A DNA stretch of 64,000 nucleotides from Eledone cirrhosa. Lineage: Eukaryota. Location: assembly GCA_964016885.1 (NCBI GenBank), contig OZ024744.1, forward strand, positions 116,312,001 through 116,376,000, written 5' to 3'. Numbering within the stretch: position 1 is the stretch's first letter; the number at the start of each line of letters is the position of its first letter. A program made the position numbers and the translations under genes. Below, in pieces: positions 50,801-64,000 of this stretch. The notes under the pieces are model-generated. The model ran no database searches and was not told the origin of the DNA. It saw only the letters and a program-made list of their open reading frames with translations.

Positions 50801-53800
50801 TTACTGGTGTCAGTTATTAGACTGTGGCCATACTGGAGCACTACCTTGATGTAGTCTACCATATCAACCTCAGTACAGTTTTACTGGTGTCAGTCATTAG
50901 ACTGTGGCCATACTGGGGCACTACCTTGATTTAGTCTACCATATCAACCTCACTACTCTTTTACTGGTGTCACTCATTGGACAGTGGCCATACTGGGGCA
51001 CTACCTTGATATAGTCTACCATATCAAACTCAGTACGGTTTTACTGGTGTCAGTCGTTAGACTGTGGCCATACTGGGGCACTACCTTGATATAGTCTCCA
51101 TATCAATCTCAGTACTGTTTTACTGGTGTCAGTCATTAGACTGTGGCCATACTGGGGCACTACCTTGATATAGTCTCCATATCAATCTCAGTACTGTTTT
51201 ACTGGTGTCAGTCATTAGACTGTGGCCATATTGGGGCACTACCTTGAAATAGTCTACCATATCAACCTCAGTATTGTTTTACTGGTGTCAGTCATTAGAC
51301 TGTGGCCATACTGGGGCACTACATTGATATAGTCTACCATATCAACCTCACTACTGTTTTACTGGTGTCAATCATTCGACAGTGGCCATACTGGGGCACT
51401 ACCTTGATATAGTCTACCATATCAACCTCAGTACTGTTTTACTAGTGTCAGTCATTTGACTGTGGCCATACTGGGGCACTACCTTGAAATTGTCTACCAT
51501 ATCAAACTCAGTACTGTTTTACTGATGTCAGTCATTAGACTGTGGCCATACTGGGGCACTACCTTGATATAGTCTACCATATCAACCTCACTACTCTTTT
51601 ACTGGTGTCAATCATTGGTCAGTGGCCATACTGGGGCACTACCTTGATATAGTCTACCATATCAACCTCAGTACTGTTTTGCTGATGTCAGTCATTAGAG
51701 TGTGGCCATACTGGGGCACTACCTTGATATAGTCTACTATATCAACCTCAGTACTGTTTTACTGGTGTCAGTCATTAGACTGTGGCCATACTGGGGCACT
51801 ACCTTGATATAGTCTACCATATCAATCTCAGTCCTGTTTTACTTGTGTCAGTCATTAGACTGTGGCCATACTGGGGCACTACCTTGATATAGTCTACCAT
51901 ATCAACCTCAGTCCTGTTTTACTTGTGTCAGTCATTAGAATGTGGCCATACTGGGGCACTACCTTGATATAGTCTACCATATCAACCTCACTACACTTTT
52001 ACTGGTGTCAATCATTGGACAGTGGCCATACTGGGGCACTACCTTGATATAGTCTAGCATATCAACCTCAGTACTGTTTACTGGTGTCAGTCATTAGACT
52101 GTGGCCATACTGGGGCACTACCTTGATATAGTCTACCATATCAACCTCAGTACAGTTTTACTGGTGTCAGCCATTAGACAGTGGCCATACTGGGGCACTA
52201 CCTTGATATAGTCTAGCATATCAACCTCAGTACTGTTTTACTGGTGTCAGTCATTAGACTCTGGCCATACTGGGGCACCACCATGATATAGTCTATCTAC
52301 CATATCAACCTCAGTACTGTTTTACTGGTATCAGTCATTAGAGTGTGGCCATACTGGGGCACTACCTTGATATAGTCTACCATATCAATCTCAGTACTGT
52401 TTTACTGGTGTAAGTCATTAGACTGTGGCCATACTGGGGCACCACCATGATATAGTCTATCTACCATATCAACCTCAGTACTGTTTTACTGGTGTCAGTC
52501 ATTAGAGTGTGGCCATACTGGGGCACTACCTTGATATAGTCTACCATATCAATCTCAGTACTGTTTTACTTGTGTAAGTCATTAGACTGTGGCCATACTG
52601 GAGCACTACCTTGATATAGTCTACCATATCAACCTCACTACTGTTTTACTGGTGTCAGTCATTAGACTGTGGCCATACTGGGGCACCACCATGACATAAT
52701 CTACCATATCAACCTCAGTACTGTCTCACTGGTGTCAGTCATTAGACTGGGGCCATACTGGGGCACTACCTTGATATAGTCTACCATATCAACCTCACTA
52801 CTGATTTACTGGTGTCAGTCACTAGACTGTGGCCATACTGGGGCACTACCTTGATATAGACTACCATATTAACCTCAGTACTGTTTTACTGGTGTCAGTC
52901 ATTAGACTATGGCCATACTGGGGCACTACCGTGATAAAGTCTACCATATCAGCCTCAGTACTGTTTTACTGGTGTCAGTCATTAGACTGTGGCCATACTG
53001 GGGCACTACCTTGATATAGTCTACCATATCAACCTCAGTACTGTTTTACTGGTGTCCATCATTAGACTGTGGCCATATTGGGGCACTTCCTTGATATAGT
53101 CTACCATATCAATCTCAGTACTGTTTTACTGGTGTCAGTCATTAGACTGTAGCCATACTGGGACACTACCTTGATATAGTCTACCATATCAACGTCAGTA
53201 CTGCTTTACTGGTGTCAGTCATTAGACTGTGGCCATACTGGGGCACTACCTTGATATAGTCTACTATATCAACCTCAGTACTGTTTTACTGCTTTCAGTC
53301 ATTAGACTGTGGCCAGAATGGGGCACTACCTTGATATAGTCTACCATATCAACCTCAGTACTGTTTTACTGGTGTCAGTCTTTAGACTGTGGCCATACTG
53401 GGGCACTATCTCTATATAGTCTACCATATCAACCTCACTACTGTTTTACTGCTGTCAGTCATTAGACTGTGGCCATACTGGGGCACCACCATGATATAGT
53501 CTACCATATCAACCTCACTACGGTTTTACTGGTGTCAGTCATTAGACTGTGGTCATACTGGGGCACTAGCTTGATATAGTCTACCATATCAACCTCAGTA
53601 CTATTTTACTGGTGTCAGTCATTAGACTGTGACCATACTGGGGCACTACCTTGATATAGTCTACCATATTAACCTGAGTATAATTTTACTGGTGTCAGTC
53701 ATTAGATTGTGGCCATACAGGGGCACTACCTTGATATAGTCTACCATATCAACCTCACCACTGTTTTACTGGTGTCAGTCATTAGACTGTGGCCATACTG

Positions 53801-56800
53801 GGGCACGACCATGATATAGTCTACCATATCAACCTCAGTACTGTTTTACTGGTGTCAATCATTAGACTGTGGCCATACTGGGGCACTACCTTGATATAGT
53901 CTACCATATCAACCTCACTACTCTTTTACTGGTGTCAATCATTGGACAGTGGCCATACTGGGGCACTACCTTGATATAGTCTACCATATCAAATTCAGTA
54001 CGGTTTTACTGGTGTCAGTCATTAGACTGTGGCCATACTGGGGCACTACCATGATATAGTCTACCATATCAACCTCAGTACTGTTTTACTGGTTTCCATC
54101 ATTAGACTGTGGCCATACTGGGGCACTACCTTGATATAGTCTACCATATCAACCTCAGTACTGTTTTACTGGTGTCAGTCATTAGATAGTGGCCATACTG
54201 GGGCACTACCTTAATATAGTCTACTATATCAACCTCAGTACTGTTTTACTGGTGTCAGTCATTAGACAGTGGCCATACTGGGGCACTACCTTAATATAGT
54301 CTACCATATCAACCTCAGTACTGTTTTACTGGTGTCAGTCATTAGACAGTGGCCATACTGGGGCACTACCTTAATATAGTCTACCATATCAACCTCAGTA
54401 CTGTTTTACTGGTGTCAGTCATTAGACTGTGGCCATACTGGGGCACTACCTTGATATAGTCTACTATATCAACCTCAGTACTGTTTTACTGCTTTCAGTC
54501 ATTAGACTGTGGCCAGAATGGGGCACTACCTTGATATAGTCTACCATATCAACCTCAGTACTGTTTTACTGGTGTCAGTCTTTAGACTGTGGCCATACTG
54601 GGGCACTATCTTGATATAATCTACCATATCAACCTCACTACTGTTTTACTGCTGTCAGTCATTAGATGGTGGCCATACTGGGGCACTGTCTTGATATAGT
54701 CTACCATATCAACCTCAGTACTGTTTTACTGGTGTCAGTCTTTAGACTGTGACCATACTGGGGCACTACCTTGATATAATCTACCATATCAACCTCACTA
54801 CAGTTTTACTGGAGTCAGTCATTAGACTGTGGCCATACTGGGGCACTACCTTGATATAGTCTACCATATCAACCTCAGTACTGTTTTACTGGTGTCATTC
54901 ATTAGACTGTGGCCATAATGGGGCACTACCTTGATATAGTCTACCATATCAACCTCAGTACTGTTTTACTGGTGTCATTCATTAGACTGTGGCCATACTG
55001 GGGCACTACCTTGATATAGTCTACCATATCAACCTCAGTACTCTTTTACTGGTGTCAATCATTGGACAGTGGCCATACTGAGGCACTACCTTGATATAGT
55101 CTACCATATCAACCTCACTACTCTTTTACTGGTGTCAATCATTGGACAGTGGCCATACTGGGGCACTACCTTGATATAGTCTACCATATCAATCTCAGTA
55201 CTGTTTTACTGGTGTCAGTCATTAGACTGTGGCCATACTGGGGCACCACCATGATATAGTCTATCTACCATATCAACCTCAGTACTGTTTTACTGGTGTC
55301 AGTCATTAGATTGTGGCCATACTGGGGCACTACCTTGATATAGTCTAGCATATCAACCTCAGTACTGTTTACTGGTGTCAGTCATTAGACTATGGCCATA
55401 CTGGGGCACTACCTTGATATAGTCTACCATATCAACCTCAGTACAGTTTTACTGGTGTCAGCCATTAGACAGTGGCCATACTGGGGCACTACCTTGATAT
55501 AGTCTAGCATATCAACCTCAGTACTGTTTTACTGGTGTCAGTCATTAGACTCTGGCCATACTGGGGCACCACCATGATATAGTCTATCTACCATATCAAC
55601 CTCAGTACTGTTTTACTGGTGTCAGTCATTAGAGTGTGGCCATACTGGGGCACTGTCTTGATATAGTCTACCATATCAACCTCAGTAGTGTTTTACTGGT
55701 GTCCGTCATTAGACTGTGGCCATACTGGGGCACTACCTTGATATAGTCTACCATATCAACCTCAGTACTGTTTTACTGGTGTCATTCATTAGACTGTGGC
55801 CATACTGGGGCACTACCTTGATATAGTCTACCATATCAACCTCAGTATTGCTTTACTGGTGTCAGTTATTAGACTGTGGCCATACTGGGGCACTACCTTG
55901 ATATAGTCTACCATATCAACCTCACTACTGTTTTACTGGTGTCAGTCATTAGACTGTGGCCATACTGGGGCACTACCTTGATGTAGTCTACCATATCAAT
56001 CTCAGTACAGTTTTACTGGTGTCATTCATTAGACTGTGGCCATACTGGGGCACTACCTTGATATAGTCTACCATATCAACCTCAGTATTGCTTTACTGGT
56101 GTCAGTTATTAGACTGTGGCCATACTGGGGCACTACCTTGATATAGTCTACCATATCAACCTCACTACTGTTTTACTGGTGTCAGTCATTAGACTGTGGC
56201 CATACTGGGGCACTACCTTGATGTAGTCTACCATATCAACCTCAGTACTGTTTTACTGGTGTCATTCATTAGACTGTGGCCATACTGGGGCACTACCTTG
56301 ATATAGTCTACCATATCAACCTCAGTACTGTTTTACTGGTGTCATTCATTAGACTGTGGCCATACTGGGGCACTACCTTGATATAGTCTACCATATCAAC
56401 CTCAGTATTGCTTTACTGGTGTCAGTTATTAGACTGTGGCCATACTGGGGCACTACCTTGATATAGTCTACCATATCAACCTCAGTACTGTTTTACTGGT
56501 GTCATTCATTAGACTGTGGCCATACTGGGGCACTACCTTGATATAGTCTACCATATCAACCTCAGTACTGTTTTACTGGTGTCAGTCATTAGACTGTGGC
56601 CATACTGGGGCACTACCTTGATGTAGTCTACCATATCAACCTCAGTACTGTTTTACTGGTGTCATTCATTAGACTGTGGCCATACTGGGGCACTACCTTG
56701 ATATAGTCTACCATATCAACCTCAGTACTGTTTTACTGGTGTCATTCATTAGACTGTGGCCATACTGGGGCACTACCTTGATATAGTCTACCATATCAAC

Positions 56801-59800
56801 CTCAGTACTGTTTTACTGGTGTCATTCATTAGACTGTGGCCATACTGGGGCACTACCTTGATATAGTCTACCATATCAACCTCAGTATTGCTTTACTGGT
56901 GTCAGTTATTAGACTGTGGCCATACTGGGGCACTACATTGATATAGTCTACCATATCAACCTCACTACTGTTTTACTGGTGTCAATCATTCGACAGTGGC
57001 CATACTGGGGCACTACCTTGATATAGTCTACCATATCAACCTCAATACTGTTTTACTAGTGTCAGTCATTTGACTGTGGCCATACTGGGGCACTACCTTG
57101 AAATTGTCTACCATATCAACCTCAGTACTGTTTTACTGATGTCAGTCATTAGACTGTGGCCATACTGGGGCACTACCTTGATATAGTCTACAATATCAAC
57201 CTCACTACTCTTTTACTTGTGTCAGTCATTAGACTGTGGCCATACTGGGGCACTACCTTGATATAGTCTACCATATCAACCTCACTACACTTTTACTGGT
57301 GTCAATCATTGGACAGTGGCCATACTGGGGCACTACCTTGATATAGTCTACCATATCAACCTCACTACTCTTTTACTGGTGTCAGTCATTAGACTGTGGC
57401 CATACTTGGGCACTACCTTGATATAGTCTACCATATCAACCTCACTACACTTTTACTGGTGTCAATCATTGGACAGTGGCCATACTGGGGCACTACCTTG
57501 ATATAGTCTAGCATATCAACCTCAGTACTGTTTACTGGTGTCAGTCATTAGACTGTGGCCATACTGGGGCACTACCTTGATATAGTCTACCATATCAACC
57601 TCAGTACAGTTTTACTGGTGTCAGCCATTAGACAGTGGCCATACTGGGGCACTACCTTGATATAGTCTAGCATATCAACCTCAGTACTGTTTTACTGGTG
57701 TCAGTCATTAGACTCTGGCCATACTGGGGCACCACCATGATATAGTCTATCTACCATATCAACCTCAGTACTGTTTTACTGGTATCAGTCATTAGAGTGT
57801 GGCCATACTGGGGCACTACCTTGATATAGTCTACCATATCAATCTCAGTACTGTTTTACTGGTGTAAGTCATTAGACTGTGGCCATACTGGGGCACCACC
57901 ATGATATAGTCTATCTACCATATCAACCTCAGTACTGTTTTACTGGTGTCAGTCATTAGAGTGTGGCCATACTGGGGCACTACCTTGATATAGTCTACCA
58001 TATCAATCTCAGTACTGTTTTACTGGTGTAAGTCATTAGACTGTGGCCATACTGGAGCACTACCTTGATATAGTCTACCATATCAACCTCACTACTGTTT
58101 TACTGGTGTCAGTCATTAGACTGTGGCCATACTGGGGCACCACCATGACATAATCTACCATATCAACCTCAGTACTGTCTCACTGGTGTCAGTCATTAGA
58201 CTGGGGCCATACTGGGGCACTACCTTGATATAGTCTACCATATCAACCTCACTACTGATTTACTGGTGTCAGTCACTAGACTGTGGCCATACTGGGGCAC
58301 TACCTTGATATAGACTACCATATTAACCTCAGTACTGTTTTACTGGTGTCAGTCATTAGACTATGGCCATACTGGGGCACTACCGTGATAAAGTCTACCA
58401 TATCAGCCTCAGTACTGTTTTACTGGTGTCAGTCATTAGACTGTGGCCATACTGGGGCACTACCTTGATATAGTCTACCATATCAACCTCAGTACTGTTT
58501 TACTGGTGTCCATCATTAGACTGTGGCCATATTGGGGCACTTCCTTGATATAGTCTACCATATCAATCTCAGTACTGTTTTACTGGTGTCAGTCATTAGA
58601 CTGTAGCCATACTGGGACACTACCTTGATATAGTCTACCATATCAACGTCAGTACTGCTTTACTGGTGTCAGTCATTAGACTGTGGCCATACTGGGGCAC
58701 TACCTTGATATAGTCTACTATATCAACCTCAGTACTGTTTTACTGCTTTCAGTCATTAGACTGTGGCCAGAATGGGGCACTACCTTGATATAGTCTACCA
58801 TATCAACCTCAGTACTGTTTTACTGGTGTCAGTCTTTAGACTGTGGCCATACTGGGGCACTATCTCTATATAGTCTACCATATCAACCTCACTACTGTTT
58901 TACTGCTGTCAGTCATTAGACTGTGGCCATACTGGGGCACCACCATGATATAGTCTACCATATCAACCTCACTACGGTTTTACTGGTGTCAGTCATTAGA
59001 CTGTGGTCATACTGGGGCACTAGCTTGATATAGTCTACCATATCAACCTCAGTACTATTTTACTGGTGTCAGTCATTAGACTGTGACCATACTGGGGCAC
59101 TACCTTGATATAGTCTACCATATTAACCTGAGTATAATTTTACTGGTGTCAGTCATTAGATTGTGGCCATACAGGGGCACTACCTTGATATAGTCTACCA
59201 TATCAACCTCACCACTGTTTTACTGGTGTCAGTCATTAGACTGTGGCCATACTGGGGCACGACCATGATATAGTCTACCATATCAACCTCAGTACTGTTT
59301 TACTGGTGTCAATCATTAGACTGTGGCCATACTGGGGCACTACCTTGATATAGTCTACCATATCAACCTCACTACTCTTTTACTGGTGTCAATCATTGGA
59401 CAGTGGCCATACTGGGGCACTACCTTGATATAGTCTACCATATCAAATTCAGTACGGTTTTACTGGTGTCAGTCATTAGACTGTGGCCATACTGGGGCAC
59501 TACCATGATATAGTCTACCATATCAACCTCAGTACTGTTTTACTGGTTTCCATCATTAGACTGTGGCCATACTGGGGCACTACCTTGATATAGTCTACCA
59601 TATCAACCTCAGTACTGTTTTACTGGTGTCAGTCATTAGATAGTGGCCATACTGGGGCACTACCTTAATATAGTCTACTATATCAACCTCAGTACTGTTT
59701 TACTGGTGTCAGTCATTAGACAGTGGCCATACTGGGGCACTACCTTAATATAGTCTACCATATCAACCTCAGTACTGTTTTACTGGTGTCAGTCATTAGA

Positions 59801-62800
59801 CAGTGGCCATACTGGGGCACTACCTTAATATAGTCTACCATATCAACCTCAGTACTGTTTTACTGGTGTCAGTCATTAGACTGTGGCCATACTGGGGCAC
59901 TACCTTGATATAGTCTACTATATCAACCTCAGTACTGTTTTACTGCTTTCAGTCATTAGACTGTGGCCAGAATGGGGCACTACCTTGATATAGTCTACCA
60001 TATCAACCTCAGTACTGTTTTACTGGTGTCAGTCTTTAGACTGTGGCCATACTGGGGCACTATCTTGATATAATCTACCATATCAACCTCACTACTGTTT
60101 TACTGCTGTCAGTCATTAGATGGTGGCCATACTGGGGCACTACCTTGATATAGTCTACCATATCAACCTCACTACTCTTTTACTGGTGTCAATCATTGGA
60201 CAGTGGCCATACTGGGGCACTACCTTGATATAGTCTACCATATCAATCTCAGTACTGTTTTACTGGTGTCAGTCATTAGACTGTGGCCATACTGGGGCAC
60301 CACCATGATATAGTCTATCTACCATATCAACCTCAGTACTGTTTTACTGGTGTCAGTCATTAGACTGTGGCCATACTGGGGCACTACCTTGATATAGTCT
60401 ACCATATCAACCTCAGTACTGTTTTACTGGTGTCATTCATTAGACTGTGGCCATACTGGGGCACTACCTTGATATAGTCTACCATATCAACCTCAGTACT
60501 CTTTTACTGGTGTCAATCATTGGACAGTGGCCATACTGGGGCACTACCTTGATATAGTCTACCATATCAACCTCACTACTCTTTTACTGGTGTCAATCAT
60601 TGGACAGTGGCCATACTGGGGCACTACCTTGATATAGTCTACCATATCAATCTCAGTACTGTTTTACTGGTGTCAGTCATTAGACTGTGGCCATACTGGG
60701 GCACCACCATGATATAGTCTATCTACCATATCAACCTCAGTACTGTTTTACTGGTGTCAGTCATTAGATTGTGGCCATACTGGGGCACTACCTTGATATA
60801 GTCTAGCATATCAACCTCAGTACTGTTTACTGGTGTCAGTCATTAGACTATGGCCATACTGGGGCACTACCTTGATATAGTCTACCATATCAACCTCAGT
60901 ACAGTTTTACTGGTGTCAGCCATTAGACAGTGGCCATACTGGGGCACTACCTTGATATAGTCTAGCATATCAACCTCAGTACTGTTTTACTGGTGTCAGT
61001 CATTAGACTCTGGCCATACTGGGGCACCACCATGATATAGTCTATCTACCATATCAACCTCAGTACTGTTTTACTGGTGTCAGTCATTAGAGTGTGGCCA
61101 TACTGGGGCACTGTCTTGATATAGTCTACCATATCAACCTCAGTAGTGTTTTACTGGTGTCCGTCATTAGACTGTGGCCATACTGGGGCACTACCTTGAT
61201 ATAGTCTACCATATCAACCTCAGTACTGTTTTACTGGTGTCATTCATTAGACTGTGGCCATACTGGGGCACTACCTTGATATAGTCTACCATATCAACCT
61301 CAGTATTGCTTTACTGGTGTCAGTTATTAGACTGTGGCCATACTGGGGCACTACCTTGATATAGTCTACCATATCAACCTCACTACTGTTTTACTGGTGT
61401 CAGTCATTAGACTGTGGCCATACTGGGGCACTACCTTGATGTAGTCTACCATATCAATCTCAGTACAGTTTTACTGGTGTCATTCATTAGACTGTGGCCA
61501 TACTGGGGCACTACCTTGATATAGTCTACCATATCAACCTCAGTATTGCTTTACTGGTGTCAGTTATTAGACTGTGGCCATACTGGGGCACTACCTTGAT
61601 ATAGTCTACCATATCAACCTCACTACTGTTTTACTGGTGTCAGTCATTAGACTGTGGCCATACTGGGGCACTACCTTGATGTAGTCTACCATATCAACCT
61701 CAGTACTGTTTTACTGGTGTCATTCATTAGACTGTGGCCATACTGGGGCACTACCTTGATATAGTCTACCATATCAACCTCAGTACTGTTTTACTGGTGT
61801 CATTCATTAGACTGTGGCCATACTGGGGCACTACCTTGATATAGTCTACCATATCAACCTCAGTATTGCTTTACTGGTGTCAGTTATTAGACTGTGGCCA
61901 TACTGGGGCACTACCTTGATATAGTCTACCATATCAACCTCAGTACTGTTTTACTGGTGTCATTCATTAGACTGTGGCCATACTGGGGCACTACCTTGAT
62001 ATAGTCTACCATATCAACCTCAGTACTGTTTTACTGGTGTCAGTCATTAGACTGTGGCCATACTGGGGCACTACCTTGATGTAGTCTACCATATCAACCT
62101 CAGTACTGTTTTACTGGTGTCATTCATTAGACTGTGGCCATACTGGGGCACTACCTTGATATAGTCTACCATATCAACCTCAGTACTGTTTTACTGGTGT
62201 CATTCATTAGACTGTGGCCATACTGGGGCACTACCTTGATATAGTCTACCATATCAACCTCAGTACTGTTTTACTGGTGTCATTCATTAGACTGTGGCCA
62301 TACTGGGGCACTACCTTGATATAGTCTACCATATCAACCTCAGTATTGCTTTACTGGTGTCAGTTATTAGACTGTGGCCATACTGGGGCACTACCTTGAT
62401 ATAGTCTACCATATCAACCTCACTACTCTTTTACTGGTGTCACTCATTGGACAGTGGCCATACTGGGGCACTACCTTGATATAGTCTACCATATCAACCT
62501 CAGTATTGCTTTACTGGTGTCAGTTATTAGACTGTGGCCATACTGGGGCACTACCTTGATTTAGTCTACCATATCAACCTCACTACTCTTTTACTGGTGT
62601 CACTCATTGGACAGTGGCCATACTGGGGCACTACCTTGATGTAGTCTACCATATCAACCTCAGTACGGTTGTACTGGTGTCAGTCGTTAGACTGTGGCCA
62701 TACTGGGGCACTACCTTGATATAGTCTCCATATCAATCTCAGTACTGTTTTACTGGTGTCAGTCATTAGACTGTGGCCATACTGGGGCACTACCTTGAAA

Positions 62801-64000
62801 TAGTCTACCATATCAACCTCAGTATTGTTTTACTGGTGTCAGTCATTAGACTGTGGCCATACTGGGGCACTACATTGATATAGTCTACCATATCAACCTC
62901 ACTACTGTTTTACTGGTGTCAATCATTCGACAGTGGCCATACTGGGGCACTACCTTGATATAGTCTACCATATCAACCTCAATACTGTTTTACTAGTGTC
63001 AGTCATTTGACTGTGGCCATACTGGGGCACTACCTTGAAATTGTCTACCATATCAACCTCAGTACTGTTTTACTGATGTCAGTCATTAGACTGTGGCCAT
63101 ACTGGGGCACTACCTTGATATAGTCTACAATATCAACCTCACTACTCTTTTACTTGTGTCAGTCATTAGACTGTGGCCATACTGGGGCACTACCTTGATA
63201 TAGTCTACCATATCAACCTCACTACACTTTTACTGGTGTCAATCATTGGACAGTGGCCATACTGGGGCACTACCTTGATATAGTCTACCATATCAACCTC
63301 ACTACTCTTTTACTGGTGTCAGTCATTAGACTGTGGCCATACTGGGGCACTACCTTGATATAGTCTACCATATCAACCTCACTACACTTTTACTGGTGTC
63401 AATCATTGGACAGTGGCCATACTGGGGCACTACCTTGATATAGTCTAGCATATCAACCTCAGTACTGTTTACTGGTGTCAGTCATTAGACTGTGGCCATA
63501 CTGGGGCACTACCTTGATATAGTCTACCATATCAACCTCAGTACAGTTTTACTGGTGTCAGCCATTAGACAGTGGCCATACTGGGGCACTACCTTGATAT
63601 AGTCTAGCATATCAACCTCAGTACTGTTTTACTGGTGTCAGTCATTAGACTCTGGCCATACTGGGGCACCACCATGATATAGTCTATCTACCATATCAAC
63701 CTCAGTACTGTTTTACTGGTATCAGTCATTAGAGTGTGGCCATACTGGGGCACTACCTTGATATAGTCTACCATATCAATCTCAGTACTGTTTTACTGGT
63801 GTAAGTCATTAGACTGTGGCCATACTGGGGCACCACCATGATATAGTCTATCTACCATATCAACCTCAGTACTGTTTTACTGGTGTCAGTCATTAGAGTG
63901 TGGCCATACTGGGGCACTACCTTGATATAGTCTACCATATCAATCTCAGTACTGTTTTACTGGTGTAAGTCATTAGACTGTGGCCATACTGGAGCACTAC

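Larger units (their letters stand above)
13680..64000. repeat. 80-bp satellite DNA array, >50 kb, roughly 600+ head-to-tail monomers, running off the window end
   Basis: Consensus ACTGGTGTCAGTCATTAGACTGTGGCCATACTGGGGCACTACCTTGATATAGTCTACCATATCAACCTCA(G/C)TACTGTTTT in a single orientation. 78-, 79- and 84-bp variants occur mainly distally. Confidence 0.99.

Noticed and set aside
14016-58468. Recurrent 61-63 aa ORFs (MAILGHYLDIVYHINL...)
   Set aside because: These are translations of the satellite that open wherever a substitution removes a stop codon. They have GTG/TTG starts and no coding signal, and are useful only as HOR markers.
13680-64000. CRISPR-like array
   Set aside because: The whole 80-bp unit repeats with only point variants. 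There are no unique spacers, no cas genes, and the context is eukaryotic.
13680-64000. Hammerhead ribozyme in the satellite monomer (as in newt or schistosome satellites)
   Set aside because: No CUGAnGA plus GAAA core on either strand of the consensus.

Overview
Eukaryotic, gene-free, repeat-only window. The AT-rich microsatellites and the recognisable RTE/SINE tails suggest a mollusc, probably a cephalopod such as Octopus (inference). The first ~13.7 kb is a nest of decayed transposons: two oppositely oriented L1/Tx1-type LINE fragments around a DD37D (maT) Tc1/mariner relic, then a tandemly duplicated Penelope-like element (PLE; RT + GIY-YIG, Naiad-like motifs, minus strand) and several short fold-back PLE remnants inserted in (TA)n tracts. 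Between 3.8 and 13.3 kb I can fold at least 7 type I hammerhead ribozyme (HHR) motifs of three sequence families, plus degenerate or half HHRs. One of these is a perfect 57-bp palindrome whose axis is the ribozyme stem II loop. From ~13,680 to the end (50 kb) is an 80-bp satellite of roughly 600+ monomers, rich in dyad symmetry and apparently derived from a SINE 3' tail. It has layered variant domains and kb-scale higher-order duplications. It also carries a 5'-truncated RTE LINE insertion flanked by a 239-bp target-site duplication, which was later copied with the array. No intact host gene, CRISPR array, tRNA or rRNA is supported.
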